This document shows positions 40,684 through 53,890 of a stretch of DNA of 64,000 nt, piece by piece (the stretch's first letter is position 1; each line of letters opens with the position of its first letter). A program made the translations under genes and the position numbers. The stretch covers positions 24,368,001 to 24,432,000 of the forward strand of contig CM052816.1 of assembly GCA_028534125.1 (NCBI GenBank), written 5' to 3'. A model generated the notes under the pieces. It did no database searches. It was given only the letters and a program-made list of their open reading frames with translations, and had not been told where the DNA came from. This DNA is from Lama glama. Its lineage: Eukaryota.

Positions 40684-41338
40684 CTAATATAAGGAAAAAG
40701 AATTAATGAAAATTACACAGCAATCAGTTAGTAATGAACTTAATAGATACCTATGGATTGAATCAAATCAAGTATTATAATTTCTATACATTTGTCAACA
40801 TATGAGAGTCTCTCATGATAATCTTTACCACAGGAGTGTGGGTTCAACTACTAGCCCCACCCACAGAGTACTACATCAAAACACCTCTCAAATTTCATAA
40901 ATGGCAACAGGGAATGAACAGAAACCTATGACTTACATTTCAAAACTCAAACCAACGATTTTAGCTACCACTTTCATTTTTTCCCGTGTGCAGAGCACCA
41001 TTATGACACCTTCTCTCTTCTTACCTCGCATTTTGGTACAATAATGAAATAGGCTGTGAGAGCAAGAAACAGAGTGAGCATAAGCACAACAGAGAGGAAG
41101 GGCAGCAACAAGATCTGCATAACCCAGACACAACGGCAGAGAGGTGGGGATGCTTTAGATAGCTAGCTCAGGACTCTAATGGAGTTAAACCACCCCCCAA
41201 AATAAACAAATTTTTCAAAATAAAAAAATATAAAATAAACTATACACACACACACACACAAAATCAATCAATCAATCAATGAAGACAGATGGGGTAATCA
41301 ACCTGCCAAATATGGCTCAAGGGCAGAGTTTCCCTTAC

Positions 41339-41495
41339 CTGGGCAATCTGATCCTTCAGATCCTCCAAATCACTCTCTAAACTTTTTTTATCACCAAGCG
41401 CAGTAGCCAGAGCTGCATCTTTTGAATTCAGCGCTGCTTCGTATTCTCGAAGCTTGATCTGGGCTCCATTAAGATCAGATTCTTTCTTAGCATAA
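41339..41495 (-). CDS. LMNB1: Lamin B1 coding exon 2 (157 nt)
   Basis: Acceptor tacag|T and donor CAG|gtaagg. Reads (N)[52 protein letters not shown]; phase fits exon 1. Confidence 0.98.
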
Positions 41496-42880
41496 CTGTA
41501 AGATATTTGAAAAAGTATAAGACATCAAATAATACCCCTGACTTGAGGCCTTCTCCCACCCTGCTTAAGGGGGAAACAAGAGAAGAGGTAGTTTAAAGGC
41601 AGGGTACCATAACCTACTAAAATTACAGGAGCAGTTCCAGAGCACTATATCCAGAGTTTTGGGTAGATAATAACTTTCTCTTTCAAAGATTCCCCTCCCC
41701 TGACTATGAATGACTGTAGGTCTAAGAAGTCCACTGATTCAATGTACCAGAACCCTGGTTGTCTTTGAGGGAGAACATAAGCCTTCTTTGTTCTTTAAGG
41801 AGGCACTTACATGTTTCACTAAGAAAAAACATTTTCTAAGAAATGGAAATTTGTTATTTTTAAATACAAGGAATATCATCAACCAAGATGTACAGGAGAC
41901 ATAAATCAAGATACATGAGATTAAGTAAATGAAAATGAAAAGTTACTTTAAAATGTAATGTTTTAACTTGATGATATACATAAACTCCCTGGACATTACC
42001 TAAGAACTAAATGACCCCAAGTTTGCAAGCAGTTTTCCATTTCTTACGTAAGAGGTGATTTTAAGATTTCCTTAACTACAAATAAGGGTCTTCCTAGTAT
42101 TTTGAAGATAACATATTTTTTTCAGTTTATTCTATTAACTGCCCAAAATGAAGTTTGAATTAAGGTTTCTTTTACTTCTAAATATTTCTATCAAATGGAA
42201 TTCTACATTATGAAACTAAGGTTCCTTAGGATATACCCTGTCAAATAATTATAAAGATCAGTATTTTTAAAATCCAAATAATTCCATTATCATTAAGTAG
42301 TGACATGGAAAAGTCTTAATAATATCAAAATTCACAATACTTGTTCTTTCAAACTGCTATTATAGAAGAATATTTCTACTACTAATGTTTGAGAGTAGGC
42401 TAAGAGAGGAGTTGTTACTTAATAGAAATTTAAAATATTGTAATATTATAATAAAATGAAGAAAAACCTATCCAAAGGATAAGCACATATGATTTAAAGA
42501 GAAGGATAAGCATATATCATTTAAATTTTAATAGTACTCAGTTCTTACTCACTTTGGTACTATAAAACAACCATACACACACACAAAATCCCAGCAGTCA
42601 TATCAGAAGTTTTTTCTTAAGTCCTGTATTTTTAAAAACCACAAGATGGCAGCCTTTCACCGAAGACTTGCTTAGGAAGGGAAAATAAAATCAACCATTA
42701 AAAAAAAATCCCATAGAGTCATTAACTTAAAATAAAAATGTCTAGTTCATACAAGTGCTGGGTCCAAAAGCTGGAATCTCCATAGAAGGGAATCAGTGCT
42801 CATGCAGGAGCTATTACTTTATCCCACTATATAAATTACCAGAGCTGGCTGGCGGAGATAGGCATCGTAATACATACGGT

Positions 42881-42928
42881 TTTAAAACAAGATCTTATTT
42901 TATATTTAAAACAAGATCTTATTTTATA
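42881..42928. repeat. Exact 24-bp tandem duplication
   Basis: TTTAAAACAAGATCTTATTTTATA occurs twice in direct succession. Confidence 0.95.
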
Positions 42929-45900
42929 GAGTATTACACAATATTTATAAAAGCTACTGACTCAAAATTACTTAAGTTACAAAAATTCTACTGCACGTCT
43001 GTCTAATATTTAAGTCTCAGATCATAATGTGGTTCTCAATGTGGTACCTCAAGGCAGGAGAGTGAAACTGCAAATAACCCATCAAGAAGGATACTGAATT
43101 AAAAAAAAAAACAATTTTACATGCCACTGCATGTATCATGTGTTTAATTTCATTGACTTAATGGACAATAACACATGTCATGATTCCAAAGGCAGAACAC
43201 TATAGCACAAGTGTAAGATACTGTACAATGTCTTATGGAGTACAGGAAATATGAGAAGCCAAAAATTAGGAGAGTGCACCTAAATGACTAGAATATGGTG
43301 ATCTCTTCAACAAAAATCAAGACCAGGTAAGACAAGGGCTAGCAAGAATGAGTAGGACATGCTATTATCCTGTAGTAGGTACTGAGCCACCCAACGGTAC
43401 CAGCTGAAATTTGATGTCAAGTTCTTAGTCACTTATACTACTGTTACTCTGTAAAAATAAAAATTGTTCCATTATAAATTTTTTCTTAAGTCTGTAACTT
43501 TAATATTACTGAACAAATTAGGGAGATATAAATCAGAAGTTGGAAATGTGCTTAAAATTACAAATGAAAACTAACCCCTTATATGCCCTTGGTGGAGGGA
43601 AGACAGTTGAATACTACCTCTGGCACCTTGCACGTACTTATAATAGACTTACCATACCGATCCTATTTGTGGACATACTTTGCTACCTCAAGAGACTGAG
43701 AACTCTTGGAGGGCAAAGGCCATGACTTATTCCTATATCTACTACATAGACAACTTGTAGACAAATGAATGTTTTGGAAATTGTTAAAAGAAACTTCCCC
43801 ATACATTACGCCAAAAAACCTACTCGGCTTTTTTAATGCTATGTAAAAATATGCCTTTTCCTAAAAGAAAAAAATAACTGACACTTCTATAATCTATAAA
43901 ATTCACGTTCTTAGGGGTCATCCCTATCACCCTGCCAATTCCCAAGGCTAGACGGATCATGGAAAAAATTCTTAAGCTTACACTCAAGTCTCCATCTGAC
44001 AAGAAGCCACAAATCAATGAGTTTTATATGTGATATGAACACAGTAACAGGGACACACTGGGGCCAGGTAACAAGATAACAACTTGAACAGAACTGCTGT
44101 CACAGTTTTCTAATTGTATTATTATTTTTCGTTCATTAAAAATAATACAGGAAGACTTGGGCCAATTATCAACCTGCAAAATTGATATTGTAAAGCATAC
44201 ACGCATGAACTAGCTGTAGCCATCACCGAAGCACAGGGTGACATCTGACAAGGCTCCAGAACAAAGAGCAATTTAGACAGGAATCCAAAGTTACCAGAAG
44301 CTGTCACTTAAGGGGCTGACGGGCATTTTCTTTGCCTGCATTTCCTATCTGGAACTTCTTCAGTAACTGACCTGCCTACTCCTACCTTCACGTAAGGAGA
44401 CCTTCCCATGTTTTCATTTAAACTCAATATGTGTATCTAACGCTACAAATTTGCACACTGCTGAATGTAAGTCAGGAAACACACACATTTAATGTAGATG
44501 TTTACATGAGAACCAAAACTTTTAACTGCAGCCAGGAAGAAGATTTTATAAAACGTAGTCGACACTCTATTCTAATAATCAAGGATTTCCTCCTTTAATA
44601 AAATTCGTTTTCATTTCAAGTAACCTTGAATTTCAGACATAGCAAGCAACCAAGCGTAATTAAATATCTGACCATTACAAAAATAATCAGCTGGAATGGA
44701 TATATTTACATTTCTGTTAACTTTCTATAGCAGTCACTCAAGAGTAACAGACACAGCTTCAGTGATAAAGAGTAGATGTACTTCCCCAACAGAACCTAGT
44801 ACCATTAACAATCTGGGACCTGTCCCTATAATCTCCTGAGACCTGTAGGACTAACCTAAATGCAATTCGTTACTTGGCCCTTCCTGAATCAATCCTGACC
44901 ACCTCTGACCAGCAATACCACTGTACTTCACTGCTTCAATCACCATGCTTTTTCAACCTACAACTCTCTGAACTTGACTTGTTTTAGGATCATTTCAACC
45001 ATGGCTTCTGCACTGAACTACTTGGCTCTGGAATTCAGTGTCTGCTTGCTTAGGTCTCTGCACTACCAAGGGGTGACTCAAATCTCCTTCCTTGGTATCC
45101 TTCATTTTTCTAAGTACCCTACTCCAGACTAGTCCCCACTCCAGACTAGTCCCACCAATAAGGAAATAGAGATTAGAAAATGCAACCAATTACAGGATCA
45201 CTGGAAAATGAATCCTCAACAGAGCTCCTAGGGGAAATGCATCGTTACTAGGTAGTAACTGTAGAGCACACTTTAGATAAAGTCATACCACATACATGTA
45301 ACACACAGAAAATCACCTAAGACCTTACATAAGTATATAATAACTACCTGAAAATGAATTAGTAATCATACTGGAATTATAACACTTAAAAAATCAGATT
45401 GACCACTTAAACAGGGAACAAAGAATTAGTGTGAAACAAATTAAGAAGCAAAACTAGAGGGACAAATACATACTTAGAACATAATCTGAAACTCATTACG
45501 GAACAGTTTTAATCAGTCAGGCATTGGCAAATTATTGTCCTGCTGTTAACATTTCACTGCTCAGTTTATGCCATACAGGTCAGTTTATATCACAGATGCT
45601 CAGTTGAATGAACTGTCTAGTTTGACTAACAACATAACCACAAAAGTCCCTGAATGTACCTTCTCTAAATCACCCAGTATGTACCCATGAACAAAGAATC
45701 CATGTTCATTTTCAGGGCAGGATCTATATACATGCTTGAATTTGGTTTCCTTTTTCTACAAGTGCCATTAATTTTCACTGTCTTCTCCAGTACTTCTGTC
45801 CCTGTTATTTGATTCTCATATACAGAAATATAAATACAAAGCATCACATTAAGCAATTCAAAATAAGAGACCTAAATTATAAGACGGTCTCTTAAAGGAT

Positions 45901-48325
45901 GGAATAATCACATATCCAGAAAGAGGTATACAAAATTCATTTCTGGATATTAAATGGCATTTCCATGAAATTTACCAAAGATTATTATACTGCATGTATA
46001 CAACAGACTAGAGCAAGAATTTGTGTTCACTAAATGCTTGCTAAATAAGTAAAGTCTGTTGGAGATGTGTATTCTTAGGGAAAAATCCATCCAAGGTATA
46101 ATATTGATAGATTTAAGAATATAGACTTTTAAAAGCTATATATATGAAAAGATAAACAAACGTTCATGTTTCTAAAGATAAAAATTAGAAATGTAAGTAC
46201 CTGGATTTTTTAAATTATTGCCTTCACATATCAGACAAAACAGCTTACAGAAACCAAAAAGGGACTACTCTCAAGTAAGTTTTAAATTCCACTCATTTTA
46301 TAGCAAAATACTAGGCAACTCACTGGATGTTTAGATCACTTCTTAGCAATTCTGAGAAGCTATTATACATTGTCAGGTTTATCTTACACAAGAGTAGATA
46401 CTCAACAAACAGAATGAGAATTTTCCCTAATTTATAATCTCTTAGGTGGAAATGAAACTACAAAGGAACAAGAAAGACCAACAAAGAGAACTCCATGCCA
46501 ATGACACCCTTTCTCTGCCTGTGTCCAGCTACCTTTCTTAACTCAGCATTCATCACCAACATTTCACTTCAGGATCATTCTTATTTAAAAAAACAAATAA
46601 ATTACAGGGGATGAAAGGGAAAAGCCATTTCATTTTTCACCTGCAATCAGAAAACACAACAGAAACCATTCTTTATAAAATTATTTCTAATCATACCCAC
46701 TAAACAAAGATTTTTAAATGCCTCAAAATAGACCCACCCTACATGGAGACCAGGCCAATCAGGCCCAGCTGTTTGAGCTCTGTGTTAATGTATGGTAAGG
46801 TTCTTCTGAACAGCTGTCTCATAGCAGCTGAACACCACTCAACACTAGTGTAGTTATTCAAGTGACTATCAAATAATCCAGCATCTGAGGCTTTTCTTCA
46901 TACCTTGAGTTCAGAATCAACATGCCTTTTATTATCTAGCCACCGTCCAGACTTTTAGAGGAAAAAGAAACTTTATTTTGAATTTAAAGTATAGGCTATT
47001 AACATGCCCAAACAAAAACTTTCTCTCCTGAAACTAAGTGATCTAATAGTAACAGACTCAAACTGCATATTAAATGTGTTTGCCCCAACATTCATTCATC
47101 ATCTTCAATACTGTCCTCAAAGCATCTCCCCTTCCAAAGGGAGAAGAGATGTGATCCACAATATTTCCACCGAGGAAAATGAATGAACCTCTCTGCAATT
47201 AAAATAAACGTAATTTAATACACAAAATCTCCAGAAAGCCGTGTGATCACTATTTCCAACAACAAGGGTCTCCTCTGGCACAAGCAAAAAGACTAAAATG
47301 CTTTTGCACAACCTCAGAAGCTTCCATTGGTAATTTCTGGTGGTAATTAAATTCTGCTACGCATTCAATAAACTGAGCAGTCAACAAATTAGTAACAACC
47401 CAACCAAAATCAGGCAAACCCTAATTGCAATCGGATTAAAATTAGGAAAAATATTAAATTAAAACTTACACTGGACCACAGAACCATTTCTTTGAACAAG
47501 AGATCCATTCACACAAACAGACACAGGAATGGGGAGAGGACACATACAGTTTACGTCCTAACAAAAAAATGACTTACTAGGAAAAAGAACCACCAAGAAT
47601 CACAACTTTGTTACATATGTCAGTTCACTGATTTGGGTGTGAGGAAATCAGCAATGAACAAAATATACCAAGCCCCTGATCTTAAGGGACATTCTAGTGG
47701 GGGGAGGCACACAATAAACAAATACATATACGGCAGGAGTAATTAGTACATTGAAGGAAAATAAATCATTATAAAGAGTTAAAGGAAGGGGAGGACGATC
47801 ATTTTATATCATGTGGTCAAAAAGAGACTGATTTTATGCCAACAGCCATTTTTCAAGTCAGAAAATCACCTTCAAACCCAGATTTTATCCAGTAATAGAA
47901 CTGAGAAGACTTGAAGACATTGATACTGGATGTTCTTAATGAAATGATTCCACCGTTACACTACAATGAAGCTTAGTAAAGAAGCCCCACTCATGAACAG
48001 AGTTCCCGCCAGATTTTTAGAGCCCTACTTCTGAATACAGAGGACACACAACAGTCAACAGACCTCTGAGAAAAACTCTCTTGTAAATTGACTTACCCAA
48101 CGTCCATTCCACCCTTCTAGTTGTGCTTTCTTAATCTGAAAAGCTTAAAATTAAAACTACATTTGCCAGAATCTCTTGCAGCTAGGATTCTGGATGCAAA
48201 TTAGGTACTGTAACTAATATATTTATAAGCAGTATGAAAAAAGGAAGTATCATTGTGCCACCTTCCTGGTTTTTGTGGTAATTTTTCTGCTGACAAGCAG
48301 AGTCATTAAAACCTGAAGTTTTTTT

Positions 48326-49580
48326 GTCCTCCTGTCAATATCACACACATTAATTACTATAGTAAATTTTGACATCACGAACTGAGTCCTCCAATTTTGT
48401 TCTTCTTCAAGGCTGTTTTGGCTATTCTGGATATCATGCATTTCCATATAAATTTTAGGCTCAGCTTGTCAACTTCTGCAAAAGAGGCAGCTGTGGTTCT
48501 TACAGAGATTGCAATGAATCTATGGGTCAATTTGGGGAGAATTGGCATCTTAACAATATTAGGTCTTCTAATCCACGAATATGGGATGTCTTTCCACTTA
48601 TTTAAGTCTCCTTTAATTTCTTGCAACAATGTTTTGTGGTTCTCAGTGCACAAATCTTGTACTTCTGCTCAATTTATTCTTAAGTATTTCACTGTCTTTG
48701 GCGCTATTGAAAATGAAAAAGTGTGCAGTGTTAGTTTAAAGAAATACAACCGAGTTCTGTATATTGCTCTCATATCCTGAAAACTTGCTGAACTTGTTTA
48801 TTAGCTTTCAACAGTATTTAGATTTTGGTTTTGGTTTTAGTTTTTGTTTTTTTTTTTTTTTTTACAGATTTTCTAAGAAATCATTTCACTTGCTAACAGA
48901 GATACGCGTGATCCTTGAACATCCTGAGTTTTACTTACAAGGGTCCACTTAAATGCAGATTTTTTTTCTATAGCAAACACTACAGTACTACATGATCTGC
49001 AGTTATTTGGATAGAGGGCTGACTGCAATTCATATATGGATTTTTAACTGTGCAGTGTCGGTGCCCCCAAGTTCCACATTGTTCAAGGATCTGTGTAGGT
49101 GTTTTACTACTTCTTTTCTGATCTGAATGCCTTTTATTTTTCTTGCCTAATTGCCCTAGCCAGTACCTCCAGTACAATGTTGTATTTAAGTGGTAAAGAG
49201 TGGGCAATCCTGTCTTATTTCTGATTTTAGGGAGAAAGTAGCCAATCTTTACCATTAAGAATGATGTTAGCTATAGGTTTTTCACAGATACCTTTTACTA
49301 AGTCAGAAAGTTCCTTTTTATCCCTCATTTAAATATTTTTATCATGAAAGGGTGGTATGTTTTGTCACATGGTTTTTCTTCCTCTATTGGTATGCTCATA
49401 TGGTATTTGTCCCTCATCCTATTAATATGGTATATTACACTGTTGACTTTCATAGACTGAATAAGCCTTGCATTGCCAGGATAAATCTCACTTGGTGATG
49501 GTGTAAAATCCTTTTACATGTTGGTAGGTTTGGCTTGCCAGCATTTTTACACCTATATTCATAAAGGATATTGGTCTGTA
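48326..49580 (-). mobile_element. Internal LINE-1 ORF2 (reverse transcriptase region) fragment
   Basis: ORFs 48375..48653 (ENHKTLLQEIKGDLNKWKDIPYSWIRRPNIVKMPILPKL), 48980..49255 and 49450..49695 (RILHHHQVRFILAMQGLF) are frameshifted L1 ORF2 pieces. Confidence 0.9.
48905..49095. mobile_element. Tigger2/MER8-like non-autonomous DNA transposon (MITE) inserted in the L1
   Basis: Perfect 12-bp inverted repeat GATCCTTGAACA (48910-48921) / TGTTCAAGGATC (49080-49091), flanking TA dinucleotides (48903-4, 49096-7), and internal gggtccactta...gcagattttttt. Confidence 0.8.
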
Positions 49581-51823
49581 AAGTTTTTCTGAAACAATGT
49601 TCCAAGTCCATTCTCCAGTTTTTGGGTGTCATGAGGCAGTTGTTCTTATAGTAACAGAAGTGGCAGCTTCCTGGTCCTGAATTATAACTATTCACTGTTT
49701 TTTTTTAATTCGGTGGTTCCAGTGGTGGCCTCAGACATAAAAGCTCCCAAAGAAGGTCAGTTCTACAGTGTTCTAGGTATTGTTCCTGCTTCTCTGGCCC
49801 TTCTGATAACTTTTTATAAGCACCTACATTCCATATTGTTTTCCTTTCTGCTTAAAATAACTATTGGTTTCCATCCCCTGCACTGACAGATACAAAGAAC
49901 TAAACAATCAGAAAATGAAATTAACTTGGAACAAACAGGAACTATGAAGAAAAATTGAGGCTTCTGAAAAGATAAAAGAAACCACTGCATCAATGAAACT
50001 GAAACAAGATCAGGATGCTATAAGGAAATATCAAGAAAATAAAAAGAAGCTATTGGAAATTTAAAATATGGTAGCAAAAACTGGAAAACAAAATTGAGAA
50101 CATTTAACAGAGAAAAAAAATTAAAGATAAGAAAACTAAACATCAATTTAAGAGGTCCAGCATTTGAATAACAGGAGTCTTGGAAAGTAATAAAAGGAGG
50201 AAATCATCAATAAAACAATGTAAGAAAAGTCTCCAAGAACTGAAGGACAAGAATTTCCAGACTGGAAAATTCCCACCAAATGACTAGCACAATGGATGAA
50301 AAAAGAGATTCACACCAAGGAACATCCTTGTGAAATTTAAGAACTAGGCCACAAAGATCCTACAAGTTTTTAACTTTTCACACATTAGTACTTATTAGCA
50401 ACAACAAAAGCTAGAAAACTGTGGAGCATGCCTTCAAAATCCTGATGAAATGGTCTTCAAAACTTACAACTCTATGCCCAAACAATCAACACTTATGCAA
50501 TGCAACTAGACTAGAAAAGAGCAGACTCCAAATGATATTCCTTTAATAAGATAAAACTAACAGAAAGCCTCCTGATTCAGAATGACTTGGTGTTTTAACA
50601 ACTGGTATCATCTTTCTTTATAATTAGACAAAACTAAGTAAGTTGGAAAACACTACTTTCACAAATAATCAAAAGGGAAGAAAAACAAACTATGGTATAC
50701 TACGGAGTTCTGCTGGGGATTATGTTCTTAAGAGTATATGCATGTCTCTTATAACACAATACAAGTGTTCCTGAAAACTCTTACAATCTGTACACATTAA
50801 AAATAAAAGAGAATGGGAAAAATAAGGTTGGAACAAACAACTCAATGCAGCCTTGTAACCAGAGAATCAGCAGTAACATAACTATAATTAGTATCCCAGG
50901 AGATAACTTGGACAATGCAGGCAGTCAGCTTAGTGTGGCAAGAGCTGCCTCAGGAGATGCTCGGAGATGCACAACATTAGGCAGCCATGCTGGCTTGCAG
51001 GAACTGAGACAACAGAGATAGAATTGGACTCTGAACACAGTACCAGCAAAGGGTGCACCTCTGTGGGGGAGGGACCCAGGGTGCAAGCACTCCTATAATT
51101 TTCTTAAAATAGAGCTGAATAGGAGCTGAGGGCTTTCTTTCCCTCTGAACTCTACTCTCGATATTAGGGCTTCCCTTTACTAGGACAACCTCAGAGTACA
51201 ATGATACAATTTCTCTACTTACCAGTCACATATGAGCAAATTGGTGTACAGAAGTATCTGCAGTCGAGTACCCTGAATTAATACTTTATATACCAAAAAT
51301 GGTCCAAACTAACCTCAACCAAAATGTAACGGGAGGATATGATGAAAAACACACTGTGTTATGGAGAACAAAACAAAAAACTCAATTCCTCATCTCCCAT
51401 AGCACAAAGTCAACAATACATCAGGATAAATACCAAAGGAGCAGTGAAAACAGTTGAAGGTAATTTTTTTATGAAAAGACTTAGAAATCTGAGTCCTTAA
51501 AATAGGTACACATATACATGTTGCTGGACAATCACAGGGTTTTTTCCCCTAAGGCTCGTATTAGAAAAACCTGATACCAAAGATTTCCCTAAGAAATGAA
51601 TAGAGTGGAGATCTGAGGGATTAGGAGGAGTTAACCCCATGATGAGTGAAATCCAGATAAAGGAAACCACACATGTAAGGGCCCTATTAGGAGGGAGCAT
51701 GGTAAACAGGACTAAATAAAACATTTTGCGGTTGGGTAAGAGACAGCAAGACTAAGGACAGTGAGTTGAAGCCGGAGAATCAGACAGGAACCGGCTCACA
51801 CAATGAAGAACTAACTCTTAGGA

Positions 51824-51957
51824 AAGATGACCATTATGTCCAAGTTTGTCCAGGACAATTTCCATTTATGTCAGCTGTCCCAGCATAAATATTAATAGCT
51901 CTTTCTTTCACACACAGAAGTATCTCTCTTTGGATGCTGAATTGCATGGTCACCCTA
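51824..51957. mobile_element. MER81/MER94-like hAT-Blackjack MITE
   Basis: Ends aagatgacca / tggtcaccct, internal tgtccaagtttgtccaggaca, about 134 bp. Confidence 0.6.
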
Positions 51958-52399
51958 CTATTAGGCAATACCAAGGATTTTATTCCTTGTACCTAGATGC
52001 AACTACCTTAGAAACTACTTAAAGTGTTTTATGCAAAGGCAGTGAAGCGACCACCTTTTATTAGTGCAGAATCTTAGAGGGATGTTTCCGTACCCTATCT
52101 AACGTTTTGTTACATAGACATCGAGTAAAAATCTACTTTAAATTGACCTTTAAGAATGTCTTGTTCCTTTCACATCAAACATTCTTTGTGACCTAAACTC
52201 ATGATCTTCATTTCCGAAACTCCTTCCTTAATTATGGTCAGTGGCTTTGACCCCACTGCCCTTTACCAGCATTAGCCGCTGCTCACAGTCAACAATAAGC
52301 TCCCAGAAACCAGTCAATGGATACTTTTTTGGCCTTACCAACCAAGTGAGTACTAGCATTCCTTCGTAAATCTCCTCCATCCATGACTCAATTCTTGTC

Positions 52400-53890
52400 C
52401 TACCACTCTGGCTATTCCTTACCACCTTCACTGCGGGTTTTCCACCCTCTACTTAGTCCTCACATGTAGATGTTTTCCATGCCTCTGACTTTGCCCCTCT
52501 TCTCTTTTCTTTCTACCCCCAAATATCATCCACACTCCAAAAACTATTTCTAATCAAGCCTCTCTTCAGAGCTCCAGAGAAACACTCCAAATTGCCAGCT
52601 GACATCTCCACCTAGAAGTCCAAAAAACACCACTAACTCACTAATGCCACTAATTCACCACTAACTCTGAGTAGGGGCCTCCAAATCTGTTCCTTCCCTA
52701 CTAATCTCTGTTAAGAGTAACACTATGTCCCTAGGCACCCATGCATGAAAGCAGTCACCCCAGATTCCATTCTCCCTGATCTCCCACACTCTTAATTCCA
52801 CCTTCTGCCCTTTCCTATTGCCTATCTCAATTCAAAGGGTATCTCATTATTCCCTAAGTGTTCTTACTAGTGTTACTTCTACTCTTTTTCTTCCACACAA
52901 AAGCCAGACTGATCTGTCACTCTTCTGCCTGAAATTCTTGAGGTTCCTCATTACTTAAAAATCCAACCTTCCCTCACCACATATTAACATACATATATAT
53001 GGCTCTGGTCAGATAAACTATTTGTCCTTTGGGACAACACCTCTCTTAACGTTTTCCATTTAGAAGCCAACTCCTACTTACCTCCCAACACTCAACTCAG
53101 ATTTCATTGCCTTGCCAGTTTCCCTGGGATGTCTCTCAAAACTTTGTAAGACTCTTACTCTGCCTTGGGTGGTAGGTAGCCCCTTCCTCCACAGCACCAG
53201 TGGATACTGCTATCATAGCACGTATTACACAGTATCAGTGTACAGCAGTTACAGGATCACAATACTGTAGTGTTTCTATCTTCCTCACTAGACTGTAAGC
53301 AACCTGGTAACAGAGACAAAGTGTCCCATCTCCCCAGCATCTGAGTCAAGGCCTGCCATTATAGTACTGTAACAGAGAACACTTCTGACTCCATATTGGA
53401 TTTGTTTCTTTTACTTTAACCTTTGTATTCTACTGTTTTTGCTATAAGTTAATCACTAAAGGAATGTTGCCTATTTACATAAAGGCCCATCTCCAGGCAG
53501 GAACTCTGCTTCCCATACCTAAGTGTTAAGCTAAAATACCTTTGTTTAAATCACAGGAAACATCCTGACCAGGCCCACCTGTGAATGGCTACAGGAAAGC
53601 AATTAATACATCCCCTCCAGAGTCAGTTCGGAACCAGGAAATTTTTGCAACAATTTCTTGCCTTTTTTACTCTACCTCCTCACCTCCCACTCTGTTCTAT
53701 TAAAGAAACTAGCATCAAAACTCCAGCAAGATGTTTCTTTGGGACACTAATCCACCATCTTCTTGGCTTGCTGGCTTTCCAAATAGTCACTATTCCCTGC
53801 CCAACAACTCCTCTCGATTTAATGACCTGTTGTGTGATGAGTAGTGTGAGTCTGGACTCAGTACGTGTTCCACAAATGTGTGCTGAATTA
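52400..53890 (+). mobile_element. LINE-2 3' remnant (host of the solo LTR)
   Basis: Pyrimidine-rich L2 phrases (ctctcttcagagctccaga..., ctagactgtaagcaacctgg) and a degenerate L2 terminus split by the LTR. Confidence 0.6.
53368..53860 (+). mobile_element. Solo ERV1-class LTR with a 4-bp TSD
   Basis: Begins TGTAAC and ends ...CTCA, flanked by GTAC at 53364-53367 and 53861-53864. Internal TATA-like ctattaaa and LTR-like R/U5 sequence. Confidence 0.75.

Larger units (their letters stand above)
48085..49893 (+). mobile_element. ERVL-type LTR (LTR33/LTR16-like), split by the L1 fragment into ~48085-48320 and ~49585-49893
   Basis: aaactacatttgccagaatctcttgcagctagg motif on the left; cctttctgcttaaaataactattggtttc...ctgacagataca end on the right. 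Confidence 0.55.

Noticed and set aside
41145..41282. Possible third Vic-1-like SINE near exon 2
   Set aside because: Only a vague tagctcag and an A-rich/(CA)n/(ATCA)n tail are present, with no B box or TSD.
45864..45950. H/ACA snoRNA interpretation of the twin hairpins
   Set aside because: The hairpins are too short, and there is no H box or terminal ACA on the LMNB1 sense strand.
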